This document shows, one piece after another, positions 1-11,227 of a DNA stretch of 64,000 nt. The DNA lies in contig JAOZFN010000009.1 of the NCBI GenBank assembly GCA_027492205.1, positions 32,001 to 96,000 on the forward strand, written 5' to 3'. Under the pieces are notes generated by a model, which was given only the letters and a program-made list of their open reading frames with translations, did no database searches and was not told where the DNA came from. Positions within the stretch are counted from its first letter, which is position 1, and every line of letters starts with the position of its first letter. Made by a program: the position numbers and the translations under genes. The DNA is from Thermoproteota archaeon. GTDB lineage: Archaea > Korarchaeota > Korarchaeia > Korarchaeales > Korarchaeaceae.

Positions 1-466
1 CGTCGGGCACTATAGATGCCTGCTCCCTGACGGTCTCCAGCACGAGCGAGGTGTTGGTCTCCCTCACGCCGGGGATGCTAAGTATCCTCTTCAGGAGCTC
101 GTTGAGCTCGTGCTGATCGCCAGCGATGAGCTTCACGACTATGTCGTACGGGCCCGTTATCTCGTGGACCTCGAGCACGTTCTGTGGGGCGATATCGACA
201 ACCTTCTTGGCCACCTCTGCGTGCTTGCCTGGCTCTGTCCTCATGAGGATTATGTACTTGTACCCCTTGCCCAGCTTGGCGTGGTCCACTAGGGCCGTGT
301 ACCCCTTGATGATCCCCAGCTCCTCCAGCTTCCTGACCTTCTTCATGACGCCAGCTGGACTCATGCCAAGCTCCCTGGCGATCTGGGTGTATGTCACCCT
401 CCCGTCCTCCACGAGCTTCTTCAGGATATTTAACTCCCGGTTGGTTATACCCTTCCTTCTGGGCAT
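1..466 (-). CDS. Lrp/AsnC family transcriptional regulator (3' end runs off the window)
   Basis: Not in the ORF track. Manual translation from ATG 466: MPRRKGITNRELNILKKLVEDGRVTYTQIARELGMSPAGVMKKVRKLEELGIIKGYTALVD...EVHEITGPYDIVVKL, an HTH plus RAM domain. Confidence 0.9.
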   Translation of the reverse strand, partial: MPRRKGITNRELNILKKLVEDGRVTYTQIARELGMSPAGVMKKVRKLEELGIIKGYTALVDHAKLGKGYKYIILMRTEPGKHAEVAKKVVDIAPQNVLEVHEITGPYDIVVKLIAGDQHELNELLKRILSIPGVRETNTSLVLETVREQASIVPD

Positions 467-576
467 TACAAAGTCACCCCTACATCCTCGACTCCGAAGG
501 GCGCATTATCGCGCCCTACCAACCCTAAACATCAGAAACCTAAATAAAAAGTTTCAAGTTAAGGCCGTGTCTCCCA

Positions 577-2310
577 ATGGCCTTCCCAATATTTTACAGG
601 GGAATAATCAAAGCCGCTAGAAGGGTCTTCAGATTAGGCAGTTTTCGACTGGCGGTCGGCATAGGAGCCCTTGAGGGCGCAGCACTATTCTTAGCGTGTT
701 TTTGGGTGTGCGACATCAACGCAACGATTTGGTTAACACTAACATATTCCGCATCTCTCGTAATTGCGTTCACACTGTTGAGCGGCGTCGGCGGGCCACT
801 CGACTCGAGGAGGGCCGCCTGGCTGGTAACACTCACACAGGCACCTCTTGCCATCGCACCCCTGGCGCTCGCCCCCCTCGGGGCCAGGGGGATCTACTCG
901 GGGCTGCTGGCTGGCCTCCACGCCTCCATCTATCTGAGGGCCCTCTCGGTCCTGTCAATGACCATGGAGGTTGGGAGGGCGCTTCCATCCTTTCTTGCGC
1001 CTCTTCTCGTGGCTTGGTGGCCGGTTAAGTCCGGTGAGATGGGACTTCCACTGCTCGGCCTCCCACTGCTGACCGCGGCACTCACACTCTGGCTGACGCT
1101 GGAGACGGAAGACAGGATTTCGAGGAGGCTCGTCGGAGAGAACGCCCTTCAGACGGTGAGGGCAATTGCCAGGCTCCTGCTTGTGGGCGACCCGGACCCC
1201 CTGGAGAGCATCCTCGCCGCGAGGGCCAAGCCGGGGAGGGTGGGGATCCTGGGGGTGAAGTTGGGGAGCGTGGCGGTTGTGGCCCCCGACTTCCACCCCG
1301 GACCGCTTGGAGATGCCGGCAGCTCCAACGGGCCCTACAGGGTCTTATCAAGCTTAGAGGGGGCTGGACTCAAGGCGATATTCCTCAGGAGGGTGAGCAC
1401 TCACGGGAGGAACCTCCCCAGCAGGTGGTGGATTGACAAGGTGGCCGAGCGCACCCTGGTGATCTTGAATTCTGCCCCCCCGGTTGAAGTGGGTCCCCCG
1501 GTGATCGTCAGATCGGAGACGGAGAGCATCGAGGTGTCCGCCCAGCGATTTGGCGACTACGTGCTGCTAGCAATATCCGGCTGGCCCAGAGACGCCGAGG
1601 ACTTCCCTGAGACGGTCGAGCTGAGGCTGAAGGAGCGGGTTTCCGCCTCGGGCGGCGGGCCTATCCCGCTGATCGTTGACAGGCACGACTCCCTCGGGGC
1701 CGGCGAGCCGTGGAGCGTTGAGCCCTTCAGCGTGGAGGAGGAGCTCATCTTGGAAGCCGCCTGGAGGGCGTATCGGGGGGCGGTCGGCTCCCCCACCTCC
1801 AAGCGAGTGCTCGTGGGATTCGGCTCGGCCCACGGTCTCAAGGATGAACTCTCAAGCGTGGGGCCCGGTGGAGTGAGGGTCGTAACCTTGAGGGCGGCCG
1901 ACGGATCCTGGGCCGTCGCCTACGTGTCTGTGGACGGAAACAACATGGTGCCGGAGCTCAGGGCCAGGATATGCGCGAGGCTCAGGTCGGCCAGATACGA
2001 GCCCATAGTCGCCACCACTGACACGCACTACACGCTCTCGCCCGAGACCCCGATCAACCCGGTGGGGTGGGAGGGTGAGGAGGAGGCCGTCCTTAGGCTG
2101 GTAGAGACGGCCCTGGAGGAGGCCGAGTCATCGGAGGCACCAGCGCCCGTGAGCGCAGGCTACGGTGAGTTGGAGGTCATGCTGGTCGGTCGAGAAGCCG
2201 TCGACTCCATCGCCCTCGCGGCCGTGACGGCAGACCACGCGGCCCCCCTCGTGGCGATGGGGGCCGCGGTGCCGATGCTGCCTACGGCGCTGGTGGGCCT
2301 CCTGTTCTGA
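577..2310 (+). CDS. DUF2070-like archaeal membrane protein
   Basis: Multi-TM N-terminus followed by motifs typical of DUF2070: PDFHPGP, STH, VDRHDS, DGNNM, TTDTH. Start codon uncertain. Confidence 0.7.
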   Translation: MAFPIFYRGIIKAARRVFRLGSFRLAVGIGALEGAALFLACFWVCDINATIWLTLTYSASLVIAFTLLSGVGGPLDSRRAAWLVTLTQAPLAIAPLALAPLGARGIYSGLLAGLHASIYLRALSVLSMTMEVGRALPSFLAPLLVAWWPVKSGEMGLPLLGLPLLTAALTLWLTLETEDRISRRLVGENALQTVRAIARLLLVGDPDPLESILAARAKPGRVGILGVKLGSVAVVAPDFHPGPLGDAGSSNGPYRVLSSLEGAGLKAIFLRRVSTHGRNLPSRWWIDKVAERTLVILNSAPPVEVGPPVIVRSETESIEVSAQRFGDYVLLAISGWPRDAEDFPETVELRLKERVSASGGGPIPLIVDRHDSLGAGEPWSVEPFSVEEELILEAAWRAYRGAVGSPTSKRVLVGFGSAHGLKDELSSVGPGGVRVVTLRAADGSWAVAYVSVDGNNMVPELRARICARLRSARYEPIVATTDTHYTLSPETPINPVGWEGEEEAVLRLVETALEEAESSEAPAPVSAGYGELEVMLVGREAVDSIALAAVTADHAAPLVAMGAAVPMLPTALVGLLF

Positions 2311-2340
2311 GGTGGGTTGGCCTAAGCTGAGGCGCGACAG

Positions 2341-2348
2341 ATTTAATT
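2341..2348 (+). promoter_or_regulatory. Probable TATA box of the tRNA-Lys gene
   Basis: ATTTAATT about 25-30 nt upstream of the tRNA 5' end, in GC-rich context. Confidence 0.5.
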
Positions 2349-2370
2349 CAGGAGAGGGGAGATTAAAGAG

Positions 2371-3640
<1,270 letters not shown>

Positions 3641-3644
<4 letters not shown>

Positions 3645-5194
3645 TCCTCACCCCTCGGGGCCCGCGCCGAGAGCCTGCCGATCACCAGCCCTATGCCCGC
3701 GGCCGCGACGGCCACCACCGCGGTAAAGGTGCTCGAGGCTCCCCCCAGCGGGGCTGACCGGGAGGGCGCGGCCGGGGTTCGCTCAGGCGAAGCCGACGGA
3801 ACGCTCACCTCAAAGTCGGAGAACTCCGGCTGTCCGGGCGCGGCCGCGTAGTAGACGCGCAGAGTCGAGGAGGTCTCGTTTCTGGACGGCTCGCACGATA
3901 TGGAGAACGTCAGGGTCTCCTCGGGATCGAGCTCGCCGAGGAAAACGCCCTGCCCCTCGCAAGCGCCCTCCACGACCGTGACGTTTACGCCCTTCGCTTG
4001 CCCGTCGCCGACGTTCGCCAGCAGACCGCGGACGTAGAGCTTGCCAGCCACCCACTCGGCCGAGGCTGAGGTGAGCGTCACCCGAGCCCTCTGGCTCCTG
4101 TAGAACCCGAGGGTCACGGTCCTCTGGGCTGGCCTGCCCCCGCTCGAGTACGCCAACTCGACCGTCAGGGAGTACGTCTCCGGGGCCTCGGACGGGAGCA
4201 CGCGGAGCCTGACCAGCGCAGACTCCCCCGGGGCTATGTCTCCGAGCCTAAGGGAGGAGGGTCCGAGAACCGTGGCCCCCTGCGAATGCACCGACAGGTG
4301 GACGTCCTCGGCCCCCAGCTCCCCCTCATTCGCGACCCTCAGGTCGATCACGTTCTCGACGCCAGGGGTCAGGCCCTCCTGGGCGATCGAGACCACGAGG
4401 TCGGCCTCGCCCTCCGATGACACCAGAACCGGCAGAGAGAACTCGGCCGTCCTCTCACCGGCCTCGAAGGCGTACCTCACCTTCAGGGCAATCACTGCCT
4501 CGCCCTCAAAGTCCGCCGGGGCGGAGACCGGTATGTCGAGCTCGGCCCACCCTCCGGGGCCTATCACGATCCCCTCGGCCAGGCTCGTCAGGAGGGGGGT
4601 GAGCTCCCTGGAGACCACCTGCACGGAGACTATGCGGGCGTCGACCCCTCCTCTGTTGATGAGGGTCACGCGAAGGGTGCCGGTGGACCCCTGCCTCAAG
4701 GAGAGTGATTGATGGGTTAGAACTAGCTCTGGGGGACCAGCCACCCTCAGGCCGTAGGTTAGGGCGCAAGCCTGGGCCTCCGCCGAGCGCATCCCCGCCT
4801 CCGAGAAGTTCAGCTCGAGCGTGATGAGCGCCGTCCCAGGGCCGGCGGCGGCCGTGACGTACGCGTCGAACTCTAGTGCCGCGCTCTGGGAGGGGCCTAT
4901 CACGATGGGAGTCGGGAGTTCGATAGAGGAGGCTCCCGACGCCGACCTGACCCCAGGCGGGAGCCTGACCCTCGCGTCCAGCACGGTCACCGACCTGGTC
5001 CCGTTGTTGCGGACGGCGAGCGAGACATGGACCAGACCCGTGCCCGGGAAGACGGGTCCCTGGTAAGTCGCGGGAGTCCACGAGGCCCCGTCCGCCTGGA
5101 GGACGCCACCACAGGACTGATCGGCCCCGGCCCGCGCGGGGGCCAAGGGGGCCGAGAGTAGGAGCACTAAGAGGGCCGCCTCACGGTATCGCAT
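3641..5194 (-). CDS. Secreted, membrane-anchored Ig-like repeat protein (COG1361 / CARDB-like)
   Basis: Signal peptide, repeated NxG...A..V and LGDIAPGES beta-sandwich motifs, C-terminal TM; sits between the ABC ATPase and permease. Confidence 0.75.
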
Positions 5195-5876
5195 CCGGGC
5201 TCACCTCCCTGAGGACCCTGCCGTCCTTCAGCAGAATCACCCTGTCGGCCCGAGAGGCCATCTCGCGGTCGTGCGTGACCATGACGACGGTCCTTCCCTG
5301 GCGGGCGAGGTCTGCCAGCATCCGAACGACCTGCTCTCCCGACCTGGAGTCCAGGTTGCCGGTAGGCTCGTCGGCCAGCACGATCCTGGGGTCGTTGGCC
5401 AAGGCCCTCGCTATGGCCACCCTCTGCTGCTCGCCGCCGCTGAGCTCCCCCGGCCTGTGGTGGGCGCGCTCCCTGAGCCCCACCTGGTCCAGCAGCTCCA
5501 TGGCCCTGCGCCTCCTGCCCCCCCTGTGGTCTCCAATGGCGAGCGCCAGCTCCACGTTCTCGACGGCCGTCAGCCAAGGCACCAAGTTGAAGGTCTGGAA
5601 GACCAACCCTATGCTCCCCCTCCTGAGCCTGGTCGCCTCGGCGTCCCGTACCCTGGTGACGTCGGACCCGAGCAGGCTGACCGTCCCCCTGGTGGGCCTC
5701 GTCATGAGGCCGAGCACCATGAGGAGGGTCGTCTTCCCAGACCCGGACGGCCCCATCACCGCGACGAACTCTCCGGCGTAGATCCTGAGGCTGACTCCCC
5801 TCAGCGCCGCCACCGCAGAGCTCCCCGCCCCGTAGATCTTCCAGACGTCGCTGAGCTCGTAGACTTCCTTGGGCAT
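5181..5876 (-). CDS. ABC transporter ATP-binding protein, LolD/MacB-like
   Basis: GPSGSGKT, LSGGEQQRVAIARAL, LADEPTGNLD, VTHD. Confidence 0.95.
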   Translation of the reverse strand: MPKEVYELSDVWKIYGAGSSAVAALRGVSLRIYAGEFVAVMGPSGSGKTTLLMVLGLMTRPTRGTVSLLGSDVTRVRDAEATRLRRGSIGLVFQTFNLVPWLTAVENVELALAIGDHRGGRRRRAMELLDQVGLRERAHHRPGELSGGEQQRVAIARALANDPRIVLADEPTGNLDSRSGEQVVRMLADLARQGRTVVMVTHDREMASRADRVILLKDGRVLREVSPDAIP

Positions 5877-5992
5877 CTGCGGGATTATGGCGGCCCCGAT
5901 ATATTAACCTCCGGCCCCCTGCCGCCCCCAGCGACGCCCCAGATCGCCCGGAGAATAAGCCTTTTTATCGAGGGGAGGGAGGCCCGCCCCAG

Positions 5993-8905
5993 GTGATCTA
6001 CTTCGCTGGCGAGGGGAGAGATGAGTTCAAGGATTGGCTCCGCTCGATAGAGGCCAAGTGGCAGAAGAGGTGGAGAGAGGCCAGGATCTTCGAGGCGGAC
6101 CCTGACCCCTCGCGACCAAAGTACTTCCTCACGGTACCGTACCCGTACACCTCGGGGCCGCTTCACATAGGCCACGGCAGGACCTACACCATCGGGGACG
6201 TGCACGCCCGCTACCTGAGGCACAAGGGCTACAACGTGCTCTGGCCGATGGCGTTCCACATCACCGGCACCCCCATAGAGGCCATCTCGGCCAGGATCAG
6301 GATGGGGGACGAGGAGTACATCAGACTCTACCGCTCCTACCTCAAGCTCTACGTGAAGGGCGAGGACGAGATCGACAGGCTCATTGAGAGGTTCAAGGAC
6401 CCGTGGGAGGTCATGAAGTTCTTCTCCAGCGTTATCAGCTCAGACTTCGACGCCCTCGGCTACTCCATCGACTGGAGGCGGAGGTTCACCACCGGAGACC
6501 CCGAGTACAACTCCTTCGTGTCCTGGCAGTTCATCAGGCTGAGGGAGAAGGGGTACATAGTCCAAGGGGGCCACCCAGTGCTCTACGACGTGATGGAGGA
6601 GCAGGCGGTCGGCGAGGACGACATACTCGGCGGCGACGAGATCAAGCCCGGGATTGTGGAGTTCACCGCCGTGAAGTTCGACGCCGGGGAGGGCAGGTAC
6701 CTAGTGGCGGCCACGCTGAGGCCGGAGACCCTGCCCGGCGTCACCAACGTCTGGGTGAACCCGGACGCAAGGTACGTGGAGCTCGAGGCCAAGGGAGAGC
6801 GGTGGATAGTCTCGGAGGAGGCAGAGGTCAAGCTCAGGCTCCAGCAGCACCCAGTGAAGAGGGTCGGGGAGCTCAGGGGAAGGGAGCTCGTCGGGCTCAG
6901 GGTCAGGGACCCGCTGGTGGGCAGGTCCGTCCCCGTGCTGCCCGGAACGTTCGTCGACCCGGACGAGGCCACCGGAGTGGTCTACAGCGTCCCGGCCCAC
7001 GCCCCCTACGACTACGCCGCCCTCATGGATGTCAAGGCGGACCCTGAGAGGTTCGGCGTCCCGAGAGAACTCGTGGAGGGCCTGCAGCCCATCCCCATAA
7101 TCAGGCTTCCGGGGTACGGCGAGCTGCCCGCCAAGGAGGCCTGCGAGCGACACGGGGTCCGGAGCCAGGAGGACAGGGAGGCCCTGGAGGCGGCCACGGA
7201 GGAGATCTACAAGAAGGAGTTCTACGAGGGCGTCATGACCGCCGGTCCCTTCGCCGGGCTCAAGGTGACGGAAGCCAAGGAGAGGACGAGGGAGTTCCTG
7301 TTCGGGCGGGGCCTGGGATTCACCTTCTACGAGGTGACTGCCCTCAAGAAGCCCGTCGTGAGCAGGTCGGGAGGGAAGGTCGTCGTCGCCGTGCTGCCAG
7401 ACCAGTGGTTCCTAGACTTCAACGCGCCCGGCTGGAAGGAGCGCGGCAGGGAGGCCCTCAAGGCAATGGCCATAGTCCCCGAGAAGTACAGGAAGCTGTT
7501 CGAGGACACGATAGAGTGGCTCGACAAGAGGCCCTGCGCCAGGAAGAGGGGCATAGGCACCAGGCTACCGTTCGACCCCCAGTGGATCATCGAGTCGCTC
7601 AGCGATTCCACGATCTACATGGCATTCTACACGGTCATCCACAGGATCAGGGCCCTCGGGATAGATCCCTCCAAGATGGGCGTCGAGTTCTGGGACTACG
7701 TGTTCTGGGGGAAGGGGGACCCGGACGAGCTGGCCCAGAGGGTGGAGGTCAGTCCTGAGGACCTCAAGGGCCTCAGGGAGGAGTTCGAGTACTGGTACCC
7801 GGTCGACCACAGGCACACCATGATCGCCCACATCACCAACCACCTGACGTTCTTCATCATGCACCACGCGGCCCTGTTCGACGAGAGGTACTGGCCCAAG
7901 AAGATCACCCTGAACGAGCCCGTCATCAGGGAGGGGACCAAGATGAGCAAGAGCAAGGGGAACGTGATACCGCTGGTGGAGATCCCGAAGGTGTACTCGG
8001 CCGACTGGTTCAGGCTCTACTCCGTCAGCGCCGCGGACCTGGCGACCGTGCTGGACTGGAGGGACAGGGACGTCCAGACCGTCGGCGGGAGGCTCAGGAG
8101 GTTCGTCGAGATATTCCGGATGGTGGCAGAGTCAGAGCCCAGCGGGGAGAGGGACGTCGGGGTGCTGGCGAGGTGGCTGGAGTCCAGGACGGCCTCCATG
8201 CTCCGGCAGGTCGACGAGATGCTGGCCAACCACAGGTACAGGGACGCCGCGATCCGGGCCTTCTTCGACCATCTCAGAGACGTGGAGATCTACCTGAGGT
8301 ACGGCGGGCGGGACTTTGGCCTGCTGAGGAAGATCTTCCGGAGCTGGGCCGTTGCCCTGGAGCCGTTCATCCCTCACCTCGCCGAGGAGGTCTGGGAGCG
8401 GCTGGGAGGGGAGGGGTTCGTCTCCCTCGCGCCGTGGCCGGAGCCCGAGGAGGGGGCCGTGAGGCCGGAACTCGAGGAGGCCTTCAGGGTGGTCGAGAGG
8501 ACCATAGAGGACGTCAACAAGATACTGCGGACGGTGAGGGAGAGGAAGGAGAGGCTGTTCATCTACCTAGCCCCGGACTGGAAGTACGAGATTATCTCGA
8601 GGCTGGAGGCGGAACTCAAGCCCCCCATCAGCCAGAAAGATGCCTTCAGAGTCGCGTCTGAGTTCCTCAGAGCCCACGGGAAGGAGGCCCAGCACCTGAT
8701 CAGGGAGTTCGTGGGCGAGCAGGGCGCCATAAGGCACTCCACCCCCGAGGCCGAGAGGGAGATGTTCTCGGCCCTTGTGGACATGATCAAGGACAGGACC
8801 GGCGTAAGGGAGGTCGTCATAGCCCTGCCGGGAGAGGGAGTCCCAGACCCGATGGGCAAGGCCAAGCTGGCGATTCCGGGCAGGCCGGCGCTCTACCTAG
8901 AGTAG
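5993..8905 (+). CDS. leuS: Leucyl-tRNA synthetase, archaeal type
   Basis: PYPYTSGPLHIGH (HIGH), ATLRPET and GTGVV-like/SVPAHAPYD editing domain, IESLSDSTIY, KMSKSKGN. Confidence 0.95.
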   Translation: MIYFAGEGRDEFKDWLRSIEAKWQKRWREARIFEADPDPSRPKYFLTVPYPYTSGPLHIGHGRTYTIGDVHARYLRHKGYNVLWPMAFHITGTPIEAISARIRMGDEEYIRLYRSYLKLYVKGEDEIDRLIERFKDPWEVMKFFSSVISSDFDALGYSIDWRRRFTTGDPEYNSFVSWQFIRLREKGYIVQGGHPVLYDVMEEQAVGEDDILGGDEIKPGIVEFTAVKFDAGEGRYLVAATLRPETLPGVTNVWVNPDARYVELEAKGERWIVSEEAEVKLRLQQHPVKRVGELRGRELVGLRVRDPLVGRSVPVLPGTFVDPDEATGVVYSVPAHAPYDYAALMDVKADPERFGVPRELVEGLQPIPIIRLPGYGELPAKEACERHGVRSQEDREALEAATEEIYKKEFYEGVMTAGPFAGLKVTEAKERTREFLFGRGLGFTFYEVTALKKPVVSRSGGKVVVAVLPDQWFLDFNAPGWKERGREALKAMAIVPEKYRKLFEDTIEWLDKRPCARKRGIGTRLPFDPQWIIESLSDSTIYMAFYTVIHRIRALGIDPSKMGVEFWDYVFWGKGDPDELAQRVEVSPEDLKGLREEFEYWYPVDHRHTMIAHITNHLTFFIMHHAALFDERYWPKKITLNEPVIREGTKMSKSKGNVIPLVEIPKVYSADWFRLYSVSAADLATVLDWRDRDVQTVGGRLRRFVEIFRMVAESEPSGERDVGVLARWLESRTASMLRQVDEMLANHRYRDAAIRAFFDHLRDVEIYLRYGGRDFGLLRKIFRSWAVALEPFIPHLAEEVWERLGGEGFVSLAPWPEPEEGAVRPELEEAFRVVERTIEDVNKILRTVRERKERLFIYLAPDWKYEIISRLEAELKPPISQKDAFRVASEFLRAHGKEAQHLIREFVGEQGAIRHSTPEAEREMFSALVDMIKDRTGVREVVIALPGEGVPDPMGKAKLAIPGRPALYLE

Positions 8906-8980
8906 TTTGCCTCCACCGCACACTTTTTATTTCACCCTTTGTTATACGTTATACCGATATACCGCGGCGTGGGGAGGGCC

Positions 8981-9505
8981 TTGTCGTCGCGCCAGCCTGA
9001 TGACGCAGAGGACCCCAGGGAGCAGAGCGGACTGCTCGAGAGGCTGATGAAGATCGAGCGTGAGATCAGGGCCGTTGAGAAGAGGTTGGCGACGATAGAG
9101 AAGCTGTTGGAGGGGGATCCCGAGGCGAGGGCCATAGTCCTCCTGTACATGAAGATCGTGGGTCTCCACAGGGCGAGCGTGGACAGGATCGCCACGGCCC
9201 TTCAGGCTCAGAGGGCCCTGACTCAGGCCGGCGTGATAGACGACATAGCGAGGGATGTGATAGAGGCCCTGGCCGTGAGGGGGCCTATGAACATTTCGGA
9301 ACTCACGAGAGAACTCAGAAAGGTGAGAGGATCGGCCTCGAGGAGGATAATCGCCCAGAGGCTCAGAATGCTGGAGAACTTGGGCGTAGTGAGGAGGGTT
9401 CCAGGCGGCAAGGGCAGGAGGTACGAGCTGTCGGGCGCGCTCACGGGTGGGCAGGAAGGATATAGCAATGATCCAAACGGTGATAGCGCAGGTGATTGGG
9501 AGTGA
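8981..9505 (+). CDS. Coiled-coil plus winged-helix DNA-binding protein
   Basis: Heptad N-terminus; GPMNISELTRELRK...SRRIIAQRLRMLENLGVV wHTH. TTG 8981 follows GGGAGG (the track starts at 8939). Confidence 0.7.
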   Translation: MSSRQPDDAEDPREQSGLLERLMKIEREIRAVEKRLATIEKLLEGDPEARAIVLLYMKIVGLHRASVDRIATALQAQRALTQAGVIDDIARDVIEALAVRGPMNISELTRELRKVRGSASRRIIAQRLRMLENLGVVRRVPGGKGRRYELSGALTGGQEGYSNDPNGDSAGDWE

Positions 9506-9846
9506 TAGATGTGGACTGGGAGGAGGACGGGGGGAGCGACGTTGAGGAGCTGAGGGAGGTCCTCTCTGCCGTTTCCGAGTTCCTCGACAAGCTGCCCGAG
9601 CTCGTGAAGAAGGTGCTCGACGCCCTATACTCCAAGGATCTCGGGGAGAGGGTGGGGGACAGCGTGGCCACCTTCTACAGGAAGCTCAGGGAGTCTGGGA
9701 TGCCCGAGGACATGGTGAACAAGATGACGATGGAGTTCTTCGACAGGAGCATGATCGTCGACCGCCTGGTGAGGGAGATTGTAGGGTCCATCAGAAAGGA
9801 GCTCGCCGAGGAGAAAGAGAGCGAGGATGAGGAAGAGGAGATATGA
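9496..9846 (+). CDS. Hypothetical acidic helical protein
   Basis: Overlaps the upstream stop; AGGTGA SD; typical codon usage; TFYRKLRESGMPEDMV motif. Confidence 0.7.
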   Translation: MGVIDVDWEEDGGSDVEELREVLSAVSEFLDKLPELVKKVLDALYSKDLGERVGDSVATFYRKLRESGMPEDMVNKMTMEFFDRSMIVDRLVREIVGSIRKELAEEKESEDEEEEI

Positions 9847-10151
9847 GTAGGGGCTCCGGCCTGAGGGTGGCGTCGAGGGTTCTGCTGTTCCTGGCTGGAG
9901 CACTGGCCGTGATCGCGGTCTACGCCCCCCTGCTCGCCCTCGGCACAGCGTGGCGCTACAGGAGAATGAGGTCTGGGTTCAGCCGCAGACTCAAGCGAGC
10001 CGGACTTCCGGCCGAGTTGAGGAGCCAGCTGTCCTCTCGCTTTGGGGAGGCAACCTCCCCCACCGGCCTGATGGACGCCCTGTCCGAGGGGCTCTCACGG
10101 GGGGCGCGCTTTTACAAGTGGCCCGGATTTGGACCTCGGGGTAGGGAATGA
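9843..10151 (+). CDS. Small membrane protein
   Basis: ATGA overlaps at both ends; one TM followed by a basic tail. Confidence 0.65.
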   Translation: MSRGSGLRVASRVLLFLAGALAVIAVYAPLLALGTAWRYRRMRSGFSRRLKRAGLPAELRSQLSSRFGEATSPTGLMDALSEGLSRGARFYKWPGFGPRGRE

Positions 10152-10876
10152 CTGCGGTCGTGAAGGAATGGGGACCGCGCCAGAGCAACCCCGTGGTGCT
10201 GCTCGGAATTCCGGGGCCTGGGCTCGTCGGGATCATAGCCGCTGACTACCTGATTGAGAAGCTGGGACTCCAGGAGAGCGGGGTGGTGGAAGTGCCCGCG
10301 CTCCCCTCGGTGGCCGCCGTGAGAGACGGCGTCCTCGTCCCCCCAGTCCGGGTGTACTCCGGGGGCGGCGTCTACGTCGTGAAGTCCGACGTGCCCCTCC
10401 TGCCAGACGCCTTCGTGGCGGTCGTGGAGGGAGTGATGAACTGGGCCATGGAGAAGAGGCCGAGGATGGCCGTGTTCATCGGGGGCGTTCCGGAGCAGTC
10501 CAGGATGGACATACAGAAGCCGGAGGTATTCGTGGTGTTCAACGGCCAGGACGCCAGCCGTGCGGCGGGGGACGTCAAGGCCACGAGGCTGGGGGACGGG
10601 CTCCTGTCGGGCTACCCGGTGGTCTTCCTGTGGGCGGCCAAGAGGAGGGGAATACCGGCGATGGCGCTGATGGTGCAGTCCTTCATGAAGTACCCAGACC
10701 CGGGGGCCGCCGCCGAGGCGATCAGGTCCATGGAGCCCTTCGTTGGTGAGATCGACCTTGGAGAGCTTGAGGCCAGGTCAGAGGCCATCAGGCTCAAGCT
10801 CAAGGACCTTATGGAGCAGACTAGCCAGGTGATGGCTCAGGGGGAGGAGGCGAAGGCCGTCCCGTACATCGCGTGA
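10148..10876 (+). CDS. PAC2 / PbaA-like proteasome assembly chaperone family protein
   Basis: GIPGPGLVGIIAADYLIEKL, PPVRVY, YPDPGAAAEAI, C-terminal YIA (HbYX-like). Confidence 0.85.
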   Translation: MTAVVKEWGPRQSNPVVLLGIPGPGLVGIIAADYLIEKLGLQESGVVEVPALPSVAAVRDGVLVPPVRVYSGGGVYVVKSDVPLLPDAFVAVVEGVMNWAMEKRPRMAVFIGGVPEQSRMDIQKPEVFVVFNGQDASRAAGDVKATRLGDGLLSGYPVVFLWAAKRRGIPAMALMVQSFMKYPDPGAAAEAIRSMEPFVGEIDLGELEARSEAIRLKLKDLMEQTSQVMAQGEEAKAVPYIA

Positions 10877-11226
10877 GGGGGGTGGTGGGAGTGGGGTGGT
10901 ACTACAGGGAGGTTAGGTGGGCCGTCTACTCCGTTAGGGGTCCAGTCGAGCCCATATCGGACGTGTTCGTTGAGAGGGACAGGGTGAAGGTCGTCGTGGA
11001 CCTGCCGGGGACGAGGAAGGAGGACGTCAACCTGCTGGTCAGGGAAGACGCCGTCTTCCTGGAGGCCAGGGCCAACGTCGGGGGGAATCCGGTGACGTAC
11101 AGGAAGCTCATCAGGCTGCCCGTCGAGGTCGACCCCGAGGGGGCCAGGGCGACCATGAGGTCCGGCATGCTCGTCGTCGAGGCCCCCATCAAGAGGCCCC
11201 AGTTCAGGAGGATAGGTGTAGAGTGA
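10873..11226 (+). CDS. Small heat shock protein (Hsp20 / alpha-crystallin)
   Basis: EPISDV...VVVDLPG...YRKLIRLPVEVDPEGARATMRSGMLVV. Confidence 0.85.
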   Translation: MRGVVGVGWYYREVRWAVYSVRGPVEPISDVFVERDRVKVVVDLPGTRKEDVNLLVREDAVFLEARANVGGNPVTYRKLIRLPVEVDPEGARATMRSGMLVVEAPIKRPQFRRIGVE

Positions 11227-11227
11227 T

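Noticed and set aside
126-620. Plus-strand ORFs at the window start
   Set aside because: The real gene is the minus-strand Lrp regulator (1-466).
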